The notes below the pieces were generated by a model. The model was not told the origin of the DNA, searched no databases, and worked only from the letters and a program-made list of their open reading frames with translations. Positions 47,745 to 60,975 of a stretch of 64,000 nucleotides of DNA are shown here, in pieces (position 1 is the first letter of the stretch; each line of letters opens with the position of its first letter). Origin of the DNA: Octopus vulgaris. Taxonomy: Eukaryota. The DNA is taken from the NCBI GenBank assembly GCA_951406725.2, contig OX597817.1:127534001-127598000 (forward strand), in the 5' to 3' direction. Both the position numbers and the translations under genes were made by a program.

Positions 47745-49844
47745 CTTGAATTTTTTGGATGACAGTAACTATCTAGTGGAAAGTTTACTGTAGATATATT
47801 GATCTCTGATTTTTAACTTATATTTTTTAAAAACTTAGATATAATGGGTGTGTGCAGGTATAGATGCAAGCATGGCAATGTGCTTATGTAACTTGGTTTT
47901 GGGTTCAGTATAACTGTGCAACACTTTGGGTAAGTGTTTTCTTATAACCCCTGGCCAACCCCTTGCATTCTAAATTTACTAGATGGAAACGGTTGGGAAG
48001 CCCATCATATGCATACATGCCAGCATGGAAAACAGACATTAAACAATGTGTTCATGGTTTCTCTGAAAATTCTGTTGGTGTGTGTACGTGTAATCTTGTA
48101 TTTCAGATCATAGCTGGTGATCTGACACTTTAACGGGGTATAACTAGTTTTTTTTCCTGTCCTCCTTCTGAAGGCTGACACACACACACACACACACACA
48201 TATCAGTATATAGATAAGATCCGTTGCAGTATTATTATTGAATAAACTCATTTTGATGACTTTGGTGTGATCACAACTCTGAGTGTCGAAAACTGAAGAA
48301 TGAGTATGAAGAGTTTATTCAACCTTCTAAGCTTGAGATTATATATATATATATACATATAAATTCTGACATGCTTTATAATATATAAAGTAAGTTGGAA
48401 TTCAAAAGAAACACATCCACTTTGTGTTAAAAAAACTAAGATTTAGCCAATACTATTAACACAGCCAGCTGCCTTTATAGGCATTCATTTGAATTTGTTT
48501 TCTCTCAGATTGTTTAAAATAACTGATTGTTAAAAAACGTTAGCGGTTAATCTATACATAAATATTAGTTGTTTGTCTGGGTATCCTTTTTTTTTTTTTC
48601 CTTTCTTTTTAGAGGTTAAAATGTTATTTCATTATGTATTGCAATAAATTAAATAAAAACATTTGCCTGTACATTCCACATTTAATTGAGATTAAGCCTT
48701 TTTTTTTTTTGTTTACTTAATTAGAATTAGTTAGATACTCACTTTGCTCATCATTTAAGCTGTAATTTTAAGTAATTAAAATTTCTTGGCTTACTACATT
48801 TTGTGTACTTGTGTGCTCATTTTTATTATAGCTTAACCCTTTGGCTGCACCAGACTCCAATCTGATCAGCTGTAGAAACTCTGCCAGATCAGATTGGAGT
48901 CTGGTGCAGCCATCTGGTTCGTCAGACCTCAGTCAAATCATCCAACCCATGGAAAGAATAACATTGTAGGGTAGATGTGAAAGGCCAGCTCTGGCTGGCC
49001 TGAGCATAAGTAAACTATTTGGGTTGGATATGGCTAGCTGTAATGCTAAATGGTTAAATGAGCCAAAATTGTTTCAAATATTGAAACTTATTTGTCACAA
49101 AGCCTCAGGCCAGCCAAAGCTTTCTGAATGAATTTGCTAGATGGAAACTGTAAGATACCTGTTGTATAAAAGTATATATATGTGTGTCTGTGTTAGTCCC
49201 CCACCACTGCTTGACAATAGGTATTGGTGTATTTCCATTCCTCTAACGTGCCAGTTCAGTAAAAGAGACTGATGAAATAAGTTACAGGTTAGGTCCATCC
49301 AACTAAAAGTTCTTCATGGCAGTGTCAAAGAAAGGAAAAAAGAACAAACGTGACACAGAATGATATAAACATATTTCCCCATAAAAGTCTAGCAACATAC
49401 TTTGTTAGAAAGACATGCGTGAGAGAATGGGGAAAAAATATTGAGTAAGAACAAATGGTAATGTATTTTGTTAGGGTGTGACAAATGTTCATGCCACAAT
49501 ACATTTTAAAGGTTTTTAGTCATAGGCAGAAAGAAACTGAAACAAAAATTATGATCAGTCTGATAACTGAAATGAGTTATATGGCACGTAAAAAGCACCA
49601 TCCGATCGTGGCCATTTGCCAGCCTTGTCTGGCACGTAAAAAGCACCCACTACACTCACGGAGTGGTTGGCGTTAGGAAGGGCATCCAGCCGTAGAAACA
49701 TTGCCAGATCAGACTGGGCCTGGTGCAGCCTTCTGGCTTCCCAGACCCCAGTTGAACCGTCCAACCCATGCTAGCATAGAAAGCGGACGCTAAACGAAGA
49801 TGATGATGATGAGATATATATATATATATATGTTTGTTCCTTCT

Positions 49845-50082
49845 CAAACCATCCCTGGCTCATAAGGGCCGGTTTCCTTGCCAGTCCGTCTTAGTTTAGC
49901 TGCAAGGTGCGGGAGGAAAGAATGAAAGAAAGTTGTGCCGAAAGAGTCGGCAGAAGTTCGCCATTACCTTCTGCTGGAACCGCGTGGAGCTTAGGTGTTT
50001 CGCTCATAAGCACACACATAACCCGGTTTAATATTCGAATCCACATGCCTGCTGCTTTAACCACTAGGCCATGTGCTTGCAC
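49845..50082 (-). mobile_element. tRNA-derived SINE, related to 59826-60128
   Basis: Minus head GCACATGGCCTAGTGGTTAAAGCAGC..ATTCGAAT; shares CGTGGAGCTTAGGTGTTTCGCTCA. Confidence 0.65.
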
Positions 50083-50417
50083 ATACATGTATGTATGTAT
50101 ATGACTCCTGTATCCTGTTGCTATCTCTAAATCAATATTTAGGTATTACACCTGACACAACTGCAGATGTGCAAGTAAAACTGATTCAATAATTCTGCAA
50201 AGAAATTTAACAAGTATAAAAATGTGCTAGTCTGCTTATGAAAATAAATTGTGTATATCTAAACATTGATTCCAACATCATTTCACCATTTTGTTGTTGG
50301 GTCTTGTCTAGCACAACATCTGTGGGTTAAATCCCTAGGTTTTAGCTTTCACTATAACCTAATTCAGTTCCTCATACATTGAACAATCATGAATTTTTGT
50401 AATGTTTCTACAACCTC

Positions 50418-53160
50418 ATTCATCATCATCATCATTTAGCGTCCGTTTTCCATGCTAGCATGGGTTGGACGGTTCAACTGGGGTCTGGGGGAGCCCGAAG
50501 GCTGCACCAGGCCAGTCAGATCTGGCAGTGTTTCTACAGCTGGATGCCCTTCCTAACGCCAACCACTCCGAGAGTGTAGTGGGTGATTTTATGTGCCACC
50601 GACACAGGTGCCAGACGAGGCTGGCGAACGGCCACGCTCGGGTGGTGTTTTTTATGTGCCACCGACACAGGTGCCAGACGAGGCTGGCAGACGGCCACGC
50701 TCGGATGGTGTTTTTATGTGCCACCGACACAGGTGCCAGATGAGGCTGGCGAACGGCCACGATCGGATGGTGTTTGTTACGTGACCACAGCACGGAGGCC
50801 AGTCGATGCGGTACTGGCTACGGCCACGTTCGGATGGTTTTCTTGTGTGGCACTGGTACCACAAAGATACAAATTCCATTGATGTTCATCTGTTTTGATT
50901 TGATTTGATTTGATTTTCACTTGCCTCAACAGGTCTTCACAAGTGTCACAAGAAGGAAGGAAGGTATGCACGGCCACGCTCGGATGGTGTTTTTTTTATG
51001 TACCACCGACACAGGTGCCAGACAGCCACGCTCGGATGGTGTTTTTTTATGTGCTACCGACACAGGTGCCAGATGAGGCTGGCGAACGGCCACGATCGGA
51101 TGGTGCTTGTTACGTGCCCACAGCACGGAGGCCAGTCGATGCGGTACTGGCTACGGCCACGTTCGGATGGTTTTCTTGTGTGCCACCGGCACTGGTACCA
51201 CGAAGATACAAATTCCATTGATGTTCATCTATTTTGATTTGTTTTGAGGTACAAGGGCTTATCTTTGGCTAGGTATTTCTCCTGCAGCTGTCTTACCAGG
51301 AATATAGCATCAGTAGTACTTTTCCCTGGCACGAACCCAAACTGCATATCATCTAAGCTAACTCTCTCTCTAATTAATTGGGCTATAACCCTCTCCGTAA
51401 CCTTCATTACCTGATCCAGCAGCTTGATGCCCCTGTAGTTATTTGTATCTAGGGCGTCACCTTTACCTTTGTAGCAGTTGACTATTATGCTGCTACACCA
51501 GTCATTGGGTATGACTCCTTCGTGTATCACCTGGTTAACTATACGGGTGACTAAGCTATAGCCGACACTACCAGATATTTTGAGCATCTCTGCAGTAATT
51601 CCTGATGGGCCTGGGGCTTTCCCTGTTTTCATGCTTCTAATTGCCTTATCTACTAAGGAACTGTTAACTTGGATTGCTGGTCCCTCTGTTGGGTTGACAT
51701 TCGGCAGACTCTCTTTATCCCATTCATTTTCCTCATTCAGCAACCTTTCATAGTGGCGTCTCCAAGCCTCTCTCTTTGCATCCTCATTTAGCGCAAGTGA
51801 ACCGTCATCCTTGCGAACACATTTCTCTCCTACCACGTCACGATTCTCTCTCACACACCGTCTTGCAACACGAAATACCTCAAGTCTTTCATCCTCACGG
51901 CGCAGGACATTGGCAAATTTTTCCTTATCTGCCTCCCCTCTGGCTAGATAGACCTGTCTCCTAGCTTCCCTTCTGGCAGTCTGATACACTTCCCTGCTAC
52001 CACCGTTCTTCCAGGCTTTCCAAGCCTGTTTCTTTTGTCTTATAGCCCTGTCAACAATACTGTTCCACCACCACGTTATTTTGGGTCTTAAGGGGACTTT
52101 GCACCAGCCACAGATCTGGTTAGTGGCTTTCAGCAGGTTGTCCCTCAGAAGCGTCCAGTTGTCTTCTACCCCATGCGTAGCTATACCCCCTTCCATTTCA
52201 TCAAAGGCTTCAAGTAACATGTCTCTAAATCTCTGTCCATTCGCAGGGTCTTTAAGCATCCAAACCCTTCTTCTCCATGTTGGTCGTCTTCTAGTCGCCC
52301 TCTTAGTCCTGATCCTAAAGTCACTAACTACCAGTCTATGTTGTGGGGTGCATTCTTCGCCTGGGAAGGTTTTGGCATTTATAAGCAGCCATCTTTCCCT
52401 TTTTCTGGCAAGGATGTAGTCGATTTGGCTAGTATACCGGCCTGATCGGTAGGTGACCAGGTGGCTTGTCGGTTTCCTGAAGTTAGTGTTGCAAACCATA
52501 AGACTATTCGCATCGCAGAACTCCAGCAGCCTGGTTCCCTCCTCGTTGCGGGAACCATAACCGTAGCCGCCATGGAAGCCCCCCAGCACATCGTCCAACA
52601 TGCCCATTGAAGTCACCAGCCACAAAGAGAAGGTCCCTGTCGCTCGTCAATGATGTGGCATGCAGTAGGGTGTCATAGAAACAGTCTTTCTGTCCATCAG
52701 GTTGCCCTGGCTGAGGGGCATAGGCCGATATAATAGTTGCTAAACTATGATGGAGCACTAATCTAATCTTAATTATTCTGTCACATACTCTAACTACCTC
52801 AATTACCTTATCTACCCATTTTTCGGCGATAAGCATGCCCACACCCCCGACCCCGTCAGTATTCCCAGCCCAGAAAATCTTGTACCTCTGTCCTTTACCT
52901 GTGAGGAACCTAGCAGAACCTCCTCTCCACCTCACTTCTTGAATGCAGCATATATCAACCCACCTCCGTTCAAGCAATTCAACGATCTCGCCAGATCTGC
53001 CTTTCAGGGTGCCAACCATGTGGGTGGGGGTGGTATTGGCCCTAGTAGCGTCATGGACCTGAAAAGAAAACTCGCGTTTGGCAGGATTCATAGACAAACA
53101 ATAGAACTTAAGTTCAAACCGCGTACACAATACTAAACATATCTTGCAATGAATGACCAC
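50418..53160 (-). mobile_element. RTE-clade LINE, internally deleted: APE endonuclease and N-terminal RT fused to a repeat-rich 3' UTR
   Basis: CCIQEVRW, SAYAPQ, VAGDFNGHVG (frameshift near 52590), SQIDYIL, GKAPGPSGI, NYRGIKLL, QFGFVPGKSTTDAIF; ORF stops before the YADD motif; (GAT)n tail at about 50418-50435. Confidence 0.93.
50588..51240 (-). repeat. GC-rich ~63-bp tandem units, arranged as two duplicated blocks, in the RTE 3' UTR
   Basis: Unit GTGCCACCGACACAGGTGCCAGACGAGGCTGGCGAACGGCCACGCTCGGATGGTGTTTTTAT is repeated; block 50715-50900 recurs at about 51050-51240. Confidence 0.9.
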
Positions 53161-53308
53161 TACCTTTTATGGAAGGAGGTGGAGGTGGCGTACTACTTTT
53201 TATGGTAGGGGGTGAGGGTGGCGTAAGACTTTGAAGTGTACAAGGGAGACAAGGATGAGAAAATTTAGGACTTCCTGTACCGGTGGTGGGGGTGGGAGGG
53301 CGGGTGCA

Positions 53309-54128
53309 CCGCGAAACCCGGCAGCCATTCCTTTCTTAGGAGAGAAATAGTTATTAGTAGGTATAAATACCTAAATTTTGCCTAATCTATGGGAGAAGCG
53401 TGAGCGATAAAGAGCTATAAATTATAAATACATTTATTCTATATCTACGAGGCGTGAGACTGATCGATAAAATTAGAGGCAAGCTATAAGATTAAATATA
53501 TATTTAACACAAGACATGAGACAACGATATATAATTAAGATGAACTATAGAATTATATGTACATATAAAAAACACGAGGCGTGAGACTAAATTACACAAG
53601 TCATAACAATAATAATAGAGATAAAACACGGCTAACTAAAAGATCAGATCAATTGCAGATAGATTAGTAGGTACGGGATGAAATTAAATTTAGATTGCTT
53701 AACTTGGATTCATTTTTCGTATTTTTCGTAGCAAGGGCAACAGATTGAATTCAAGTGGGGCCGTTAAAAACAGTCGCTGGTTTATATGCATATAGGGTGG
53801 TGGAGAAGGGGAGTCGAATGGCGATCGAAAGAGATAGAAGACAATTGAAGAGGAACGAGAGGGGGGATGAGGTCGTGGCCCGCGAAAACCGGCAGCCATT
53901 CCTTTCTTAGGAGAGAAATATTTATTAGTAGGTATAAATACCTAAATTTTGCCTAATCTATGGGAGAAGCGTGAGCGATAAAGAGCTATAAATTATAAAT
54001 ACATTTATTCTATATCTACGAGGCGTGAGACTGATCGATAAAATTAGAGGCAAGCTATAAGATTAAATATATATTTAACACAAGACATGAGACAACGATA
54101 TATAATTAAGATGAACTATAGAATTATA
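53309..54128. repeat. Near-identical 249-bp direct repeat (53309-53557 and 53880-54128) upstream of the RTE ORF
   Basis: CCGGCAGCCATTCCTTTCTTAGGAGAGAAATA...GAACTATAGAATTATA occurs twice with only a few mismatches. Confidence 0.92.
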
Positions 54129-54181
54129 CAGACGGAAAAAGATGTCAGGTAGGCTATTGGTCTGCAATTACTGACTCTTTT

Positions 54182-54795
54182 CATTTTTCATGCTGGCATG
54201 GGTTGAACAGTTTTACCAGAGCTGGAGAGCTGCCTGTGCTTTATATCTGTTTTGGCATGATTTCTACAATGGGGTGCCCTTCCTAATGCCAACCACTTTA
54301 CAGTGTACTGTGTGCTCTTATGTGACACCACCACCCACAAAGCTGCAAGATGAGGGATGCATACAAGGATGACCACGTATTTACTTAGCAAATCACCAGA
54401 AGTCTGAAGATCCTTTTTCACCACATCATTCTATGTCTTCCTTCCACATGTTCTCTCCATGATTAGAGTTCAATACTCCTTGATGCAATTGTTTTCATAT
54501 GCATTACATGGCCATACTAGCACAGTCTTCTCTTACACGTAGCATCTGATACTCTGTACCCAACTTTACCCTCGAATCATTTACACTGTCTTGTGTGCAC
54601 ACTGACATTATCCATCCAATGGAGCATACTGGCTTCATTTCTTTCAAGCCTCAGCAGTCACAAGCAAGTCTCACTGCTATGTAGCATAGCTGTTTGTACA
54701 CAGGCATCATACAATCTGCCTTCTACTCTGAAGGAGAGGCCCTTTGTTACTAACGGAGGTAGTAGCTCTGAACATTTTTGAACTTTGCCCAACCT
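54182..54795 (-). mobile_element. Old RTE LINE 3' fragment
   Basis: Minus frame ELLPPLVTKGLSFRVEGRLYDACVQTAMLHSSET..RLERNEASMLHWM, followed by the RTE-type tail. Confidence 0.8.
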
Positions 54796-55864
54796 ACATA
54801 TATATATATGTGTGTGTGTGGGTATCTCATTGAGAATGTGTGATAGTTGTAGATGAGCGCCACCATCATAGAAATGCTGTCATGTTCATTATTTGAAAAT
54901 ATATCCACTCATGAGGAAGTCAATCGCCAGAAAACAAGTGAGGGTTGGTAGCAGGATGGGCGTGTGGCTGTAGAGAATCTTATGATAAATTTTGTCCGAC
55001 CCATACAAGCATAGAAAGCTGGATCTTATAATGAAAGATGTCCTTTGTCAATTGCAAAGAAAATACTGGCAATGTCTTTTTTTTAAGACAACAATATTGA
55101 CTTATATTAATATATTGAAACAACACTTGTATTGATATCAGGAACAATCGATGAAATTGACTAAATTACCAATACTTCTTTGCCTTCTCTGTAATAAACA
55201 ACAATGGTCACTCCTGAAGGATTTGAACTTTATTTCAAAGAATATAACTAAGTACTGCAGTTCATTTTTGTGGCATTCACCTTAATTGTTATCTCTTTTG
55301 AGATAGATTTTTCATAATAATCAGCTGATACTTGATAAAGAGTTTATCTACTAATTTTAATAACAATACCCATGTGATAACATTATCCTTGATTATAATA
55401 AGCAGCTTCCACTAATTTTCATTCTACTGCATAATGTTACACTGATCTAACTTTTACTCATACAGATGTAACAAATGGCACAGATCAATTTGTAGCTGTT
55501 TTCTAATGTCTTGGTGCTAAAATTATTATAGAAAATTAAATTTCTTTTAACAAAGGAAAAAAATAAAGATTAAACGTGTTAATCATTTTCTAATATTGTC
55601 TCCCAAAACATTGGTTGATTGGCTGAGCTTTTTCCAAGATTTATTTCAGTTATTCAATTATATATCTAAAATGAAATTATAACTTCTCTAGGAAAAGTGT
55701 TTAAATTCATTTATGAATATTGAATGTTCCTGAAAAAGCTTCAACTCAAACTTATTAAAGTGGGTGGAATGCTTCTTTCTATGAATATACTTTGGGTATT
55801 AAAGTTAGTGAGCTGGGTATGATGCCTACATTATGTATTACCAATGACATTAAACTTACAGTTC

Positions 55865-56132
55865 GGCTGTGTGGTAAGTAGCTTGTTTACCAACCACGCG
55901 GTTCCGGGTTCAGTCCCACTGCATGGTACTTTGGGCAAGCCTTGTGAGTGGATTTGGTAGACGGAAACTGAAAGAAGCCCATCGTATATGTGTTTGTGCC
56001 CCCAACATCGCTTGACAACCGATAGAATAAGTACTAGGCTTACAAAAAATAAGGTCTGGGGTCAATTTGCTAGACTAAAAGGTGGTGCTCCTGCATGGCT
56101 GCAGTCAAATGCCTGAAACAAGTAAAAGAGTA
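55865..56132 (+). mobile_element. Family B SINE, internally deleted
   Basis: GGCTGTGTGGTAAGTAGCTT head, GGTTCAGTCCC B-box, AAGTAAAAGAGTA tail. Confidence 0.8.
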
Positions 56133-58520
56133 TCCTTAACTAGGTAGGGGTTGATTGCTAATGGTTCTCATGAACACACAAGTTTAAATATATTCTCTTC
56201 ATTTTCCATGCTGGCATAGTTTGGATTGTTTGACCACAGCAGGTGAGCTCCACCAGGTTCCAGTCTCAATTGGCTTGGTTTCTGACTGGATGCCCTTCCT
56301 AATGCCAACCACTTTACAGTGTGCTGGGTGCTTTTAGCATGGCACTAGCACATTAAATGATAAAGAAAATATGTGCTTGGTCAATTACATTAAAAAGCAT
56401 TAACCATGTCTCAACATATTTTTTTCCCCCCAAGGATTTTATTAAATCAAAATTCCTTTTAGTAACAGAATTTTATGTAATATAATAATTTTCCTTTATA
56501 AGGAGGAAGTGCAATGCTTACAGTTGGCAAGTTGGGAGTCTTGATGAATTGCAAAAGAAACACTTGACCCATAGAAATAAAATGAAGGTGGGAACAAAAT
56601 TTCTAGAAGGTTGGCTGTATAGCTCTCTTGTTCAGAAGAATAAGGCTATTTGTAGAAATAGCTGAGAGTAAGCTGAACTAGAAATTCTGATATTTCATAA
56701 GTGGAATTAACCATATTCTTATTTTAGATGTGTGTGTATGTATCAAATACGCAATGCTAATGTATGTCTCCTGTGTGGATTTTACTTGAATTACCAATGT
56801 GGCTGAAATATCCATTGGCTGTAAAGTCTGGGATGCATTTTTAATATTAGTCAAATGCATGAGATGTCATTGGTAAGAGCCTCCAGATAAATCACAACCT
56901 AGAAATAGCTACAAGTCGTACCTTACAATTTTAAAAGCAGCATGGATAGTGTAGTCTTAAGTTCCTTGCACATAGGGGAAAAATAAGGGAACATCACAGC
57001 TGGAATGGTTTTGATTATTTTTACTGTCTTGCAGCCTAACAACAGATTGTGAGGTTCAACATTTGTAAACTTAAATGCATTAGTCCTTTAGCCTTTAGAT
57101 TTCTGTTAAATGTAATGCTAATCTAATCATTGTTTTGATGATGATGTTATTGTTTATTTTTAGTAAAGCATTGTAGAGTAGATGTGAGACCGGATCTGGA
57201 TTGTTTGAAAATTAAACTTGCTTTATTATTTATAAATGCAAAACAACAACACACAGGAATCAATGTAAGCTTTGATAAACTGCAATTTGACGAGGGATTA
57301 TTATCATCGTCGTCGTTTAACGTCTGTTCTCCATGCTAGCATGGGTTGGACGGTTCGACCGGGGATCTGGGAAGCCAGAAGGCTGCACCAGGCTCCAGTC
57401 TGATCTGGCAGTGTTTCTATAGATGGATGCCCTTCCTAACACCAAAGGATTACTATTTCAATAATAATACCGTAACAAGAGGATTAAATACATGTATATA
57501 GTCCAATACTCTTATAATACTACCAATGCATAATACTGATTCCACTGGCATTTGAACTCAGAGTATAGATGAGAAGCAAGAGTCTTCAAAATAGAATAAG
57601 TCTGCTCTTTGAGAAGAAACTTGCTGATGTTTCTTGGAGAAAAAGCAAATTATGATGGTTTACCATCTCTGGACATACTTAAACCAATTTTATTCCAAGA
57701 TATATTGGTTTCAAATTTTGGCACAAAGCCAGTGATTTCAGGTGGAGGGGGTGATATGTCGATTACATCAACCCCAGTGTTTGACTGGTACTTATTTTAT
57801 TTGACTCATAAAGGGACAAAAAGCAACTTTATTCCACGATATATTAATGATTAAATGTTAGAGCATCAGTTTTTATTTATTTACTTATTCATTTTAAACT
57901 TGAAACTTTTTTGAGGTTCCTATGTAGCTCATGAAAAGTAATATGAGATACAAAGGTGAAATAATTTGTTACAAAGTTTCAGTGAATAAACTTACTAAAC
58001 AATATTTTATTTATTCAAGCTCAATGGAGGTTGGCAATTTTTAAAAATATCATTTTTGCATAACAAAAGCTTGTTTGTTTTGTTTTTTATTTAAAAATTT
58101 CTTATTGCAGACTGCATAATTGACCCCCTTGTTCACTTACATTCAAATTTTTAAAAGGCTGTTGTTTTTCCTTTTTCATTTAATTATTCATAGAATTTTG
58201 TTCAAAAGCTCATCCTCTCTTAATGTAAATTTAAGTGCAATTTTCTGTTTTTCATTTAAGTGTAACTCTTTGATGTATTTTCATGAAGTGAGGATTTTCA
58301 CCAATAACAGGAAAATTCTTTGATAGGAAGAAAACAAATTCTCTTGCAGTGACTAACCAACATAAGCTAATTAATGCACTTGAAAAGAAAAATTCTTTGT
58401 AACTATTGTAATAAGGATATTATTAAATTTTTAAACTATGCAAATACATACCTATTTGCAAAGTATTGTATGTTTGAATATGTATTTCAATATATATTTG
58501 CATACTCATATGGGTATTTA

Positions 58521-58556
<36 letters not shown>

Positions 58557-59825
58557 AAATGTACAAGCAGTCATATGTTTCATAATTCATGTAAATTTTC
58601 AATAGCATTAACATAAAATTAATCTGTTAGGGTTTTCTTCTAGGCTAGCTACATTCGCTTTAGTTCACTGATTTGTTACACTGCAAATTTGCAGGTGTGG
58701 CTGTGTGGTTAAGAAGCTTACTCGGGTTCAGTCCTACTGCACTGCACCATGGACAAGTATCTTCTACTATAGCCTTAAGTCAGCCAAAGCTTTGTGAGCA
58801 GATTTGGTAGACGGAACCTGAAAGAAGCTCATCATATGATATATGCATGTGTGTGGTCTGCGTGTATCCTGGGCTTGACGACATGGTTGTAAACAAGCAC
58901 CACCATCATACAAGCAGTGAGTGCTATTTCCATTCTTCCATGAAAATATATCTCTGCCATGGTAAAATATTACCCTACTTGGAAAGTGGTGTGTGTTGGT
59001 GATAGGAAGTGCATCCAGCCATAGAAAATCTTCAAATTCTGTCTGCAGTATGCAAGCATGAAAAAGTGGAAGTTGAATGATGTGTAGTATGCACTGTTCC
59101 CTACCACCATCTTCATAATAATAAATTTATTAATTCGGATTTATTAAATATCAGATTTCAAAGAATTGGAATTTGAAACAGATACAAAAGCTTAAAAACT
59201 AAAATAAGAATTCACTAAAGCATTTTGCCTGTTCTTCAACTGGTCTACAAGCTTGAGATTATTAATTTTATAAACTTGCACTCCCCAAAGTGACACTATT
59301 TTTTTCAACTGCTGCATAGAAAAAAAAATATGTGTATGTATATAGTGTGTATATATATATGTGTGTGTGTTATTGAAGCTGAAACATTTTCACAAACAGT
59401 TACTCAGGAGCTCATATAACCAGTCACTAGACAGTTGTGATGGTACAGACTTGTAAAGAAATTTATTTAAATTGTGAGTATATTCTTCTACTTGCTTCAG
59501 ACATTTGACTGCGGCCATCCTGAGCACTGCCTTCAGTTGAACAAATCGACCCCAGGACTTATTCTGTCGGTCTCTTTTGGCAAACCGCTAAATTACAGGG
59601 ATGTAAACACTCCAACATCTGATGGGAGACAAACACAGACATACATACACAAATATATGCATATATATATATATATGACAGGCTTCTTTCAGTTTCCATC
59701 TACCAAATCTACTCACATGGCTTTGGTAGAAGACACTTGTCCAAAGGGACTAAACCTGAAACCATATGGTTGGGAACCAAGCTTCTTACCACACAACCAC
59801 ACCCGTGCCTATATATATATATATA

Positions 59826-60128
59826 TCACCGTGACCGACCAGGCTATCAGATGTTGCTACACATCGCTGGTCACAATGCACTTCGCATTGTTTTAGCCTT
59901 CAAGCGACGCCACCCGGCTGGCTAAGCGAGAAGGCCAACAGAAGAAAGAGTGAGAGAAAGTTGTGGCGAAAGAGTACAGCAGGGATCGCCACCACCACCC
60001 TGCCATAGCCTCGTGGAGCTTTAGGTGTTTTCGCTCAATAAACACTCACAACACCCAGTCTGGGAATCGAAACTGCGATCCTACGACCGCGAGTCTGCTG
60101 CCCTAACCACTGGGCCATTGCACCTCCG
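59826..60128 (-). mobile_element. tRNA-derived SINE in (TA)n; partial copy at 62180-62285
   Basis: Minus head GGAGGTGCAATGGCCCAGTGGTTAGGGCAGC...GTTTCGATTCCC. Confidence 0.75.
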
Positions 60129-60689
60129 TATGTATATATATATTAGAATTTATGGATACCAATTCAACAAATGAGAAATTTGAGCTGACTGGGCAATGAC
60201 TTTTCAAAGAATGGCATACAGTAGGATGAAAAGGGAGCTGATCATAACAGAAAAATATATGTAAACAATCATTGAATGGAAAAACTATGTAAAATATATA
60301 CTGTTGGTATGAGTAAGATTAAAAGTAGAGTTATGGTTGAGATAAAAATAACTAATCAAAATGAAATATATTAATGATTACAACTTTTGGTACAAGGCCA
60401 GCAATTCTAGTAGAAGTGTTGGTAAGTAGATTACATCAACTCCAGTGTTCAGTTGTTACTTCTTTTATTGACCCCAAAAGGATTAAAAGCAAAGTCAACC
60501 TTGGCAGAATTTGAACTTAAAATGTAAAGATGGACAAAATGCCGCTAAGCATTTTGCCCAGCATGACTAAAAAGGATAATTATAAAAAAGAAAGAAAAAG
60601 ACATAAGGAAGGAAAATCGTTCTGAGAAAGAACAGTGAGAAGAGAGAGAGAGAGAGTAATTTGCTATTTATATATCCAACGATGAACAT

Positions 60690-60975
60690 AGTTTGAGAAA
60701 ACATGGTTTTCATGATACATGGATTGTGGGCAAGCCACTCTGGGTCTTATGCAATTGATCCTGGCAGAAGTACTTTACATCTGAACCAAACCAAATCAAC
60801 CCTGGATCAGCTTGTTCAGGAACTTCTTTGGCTTTGGCTGTCAGATTTTGTCTCTTACACTTTTTATATGAGTGGTAGTGAAGGTCATTCATGGTGGCGA
60901 CTCCAAAACTCATCTCTCTCATCAAAGCTTGGATTTCCTTGCTAGGATCTTCCATCACGTTATCCTGTAAATGTT
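60690..60975 (-). mobile_element. Tc1/mariner-type transposase relic (HTH region to first catalytic Asp)
   Basis: DLHYHSYKKCKRQNLT and IWFGSDVKYFCQDQLH, cf. WFFSDEK.F motif. Confidence 0.65.

Noticed and set aside
48238-48322. Possible hammerhead or hairpin downstream of the geminin stop codon (TTGATGA..GTCGAAA, flanked by a 12-bp inverted repeat)
   Set aside because: Core C is missing and there is no valid stem III or cleavage triplet; at most a decayed relic
58130-58330. Possible minus-strand exon ending at a GTAAGT donor
   Set aside because: Frames examined contain stops and give no recognisable protein
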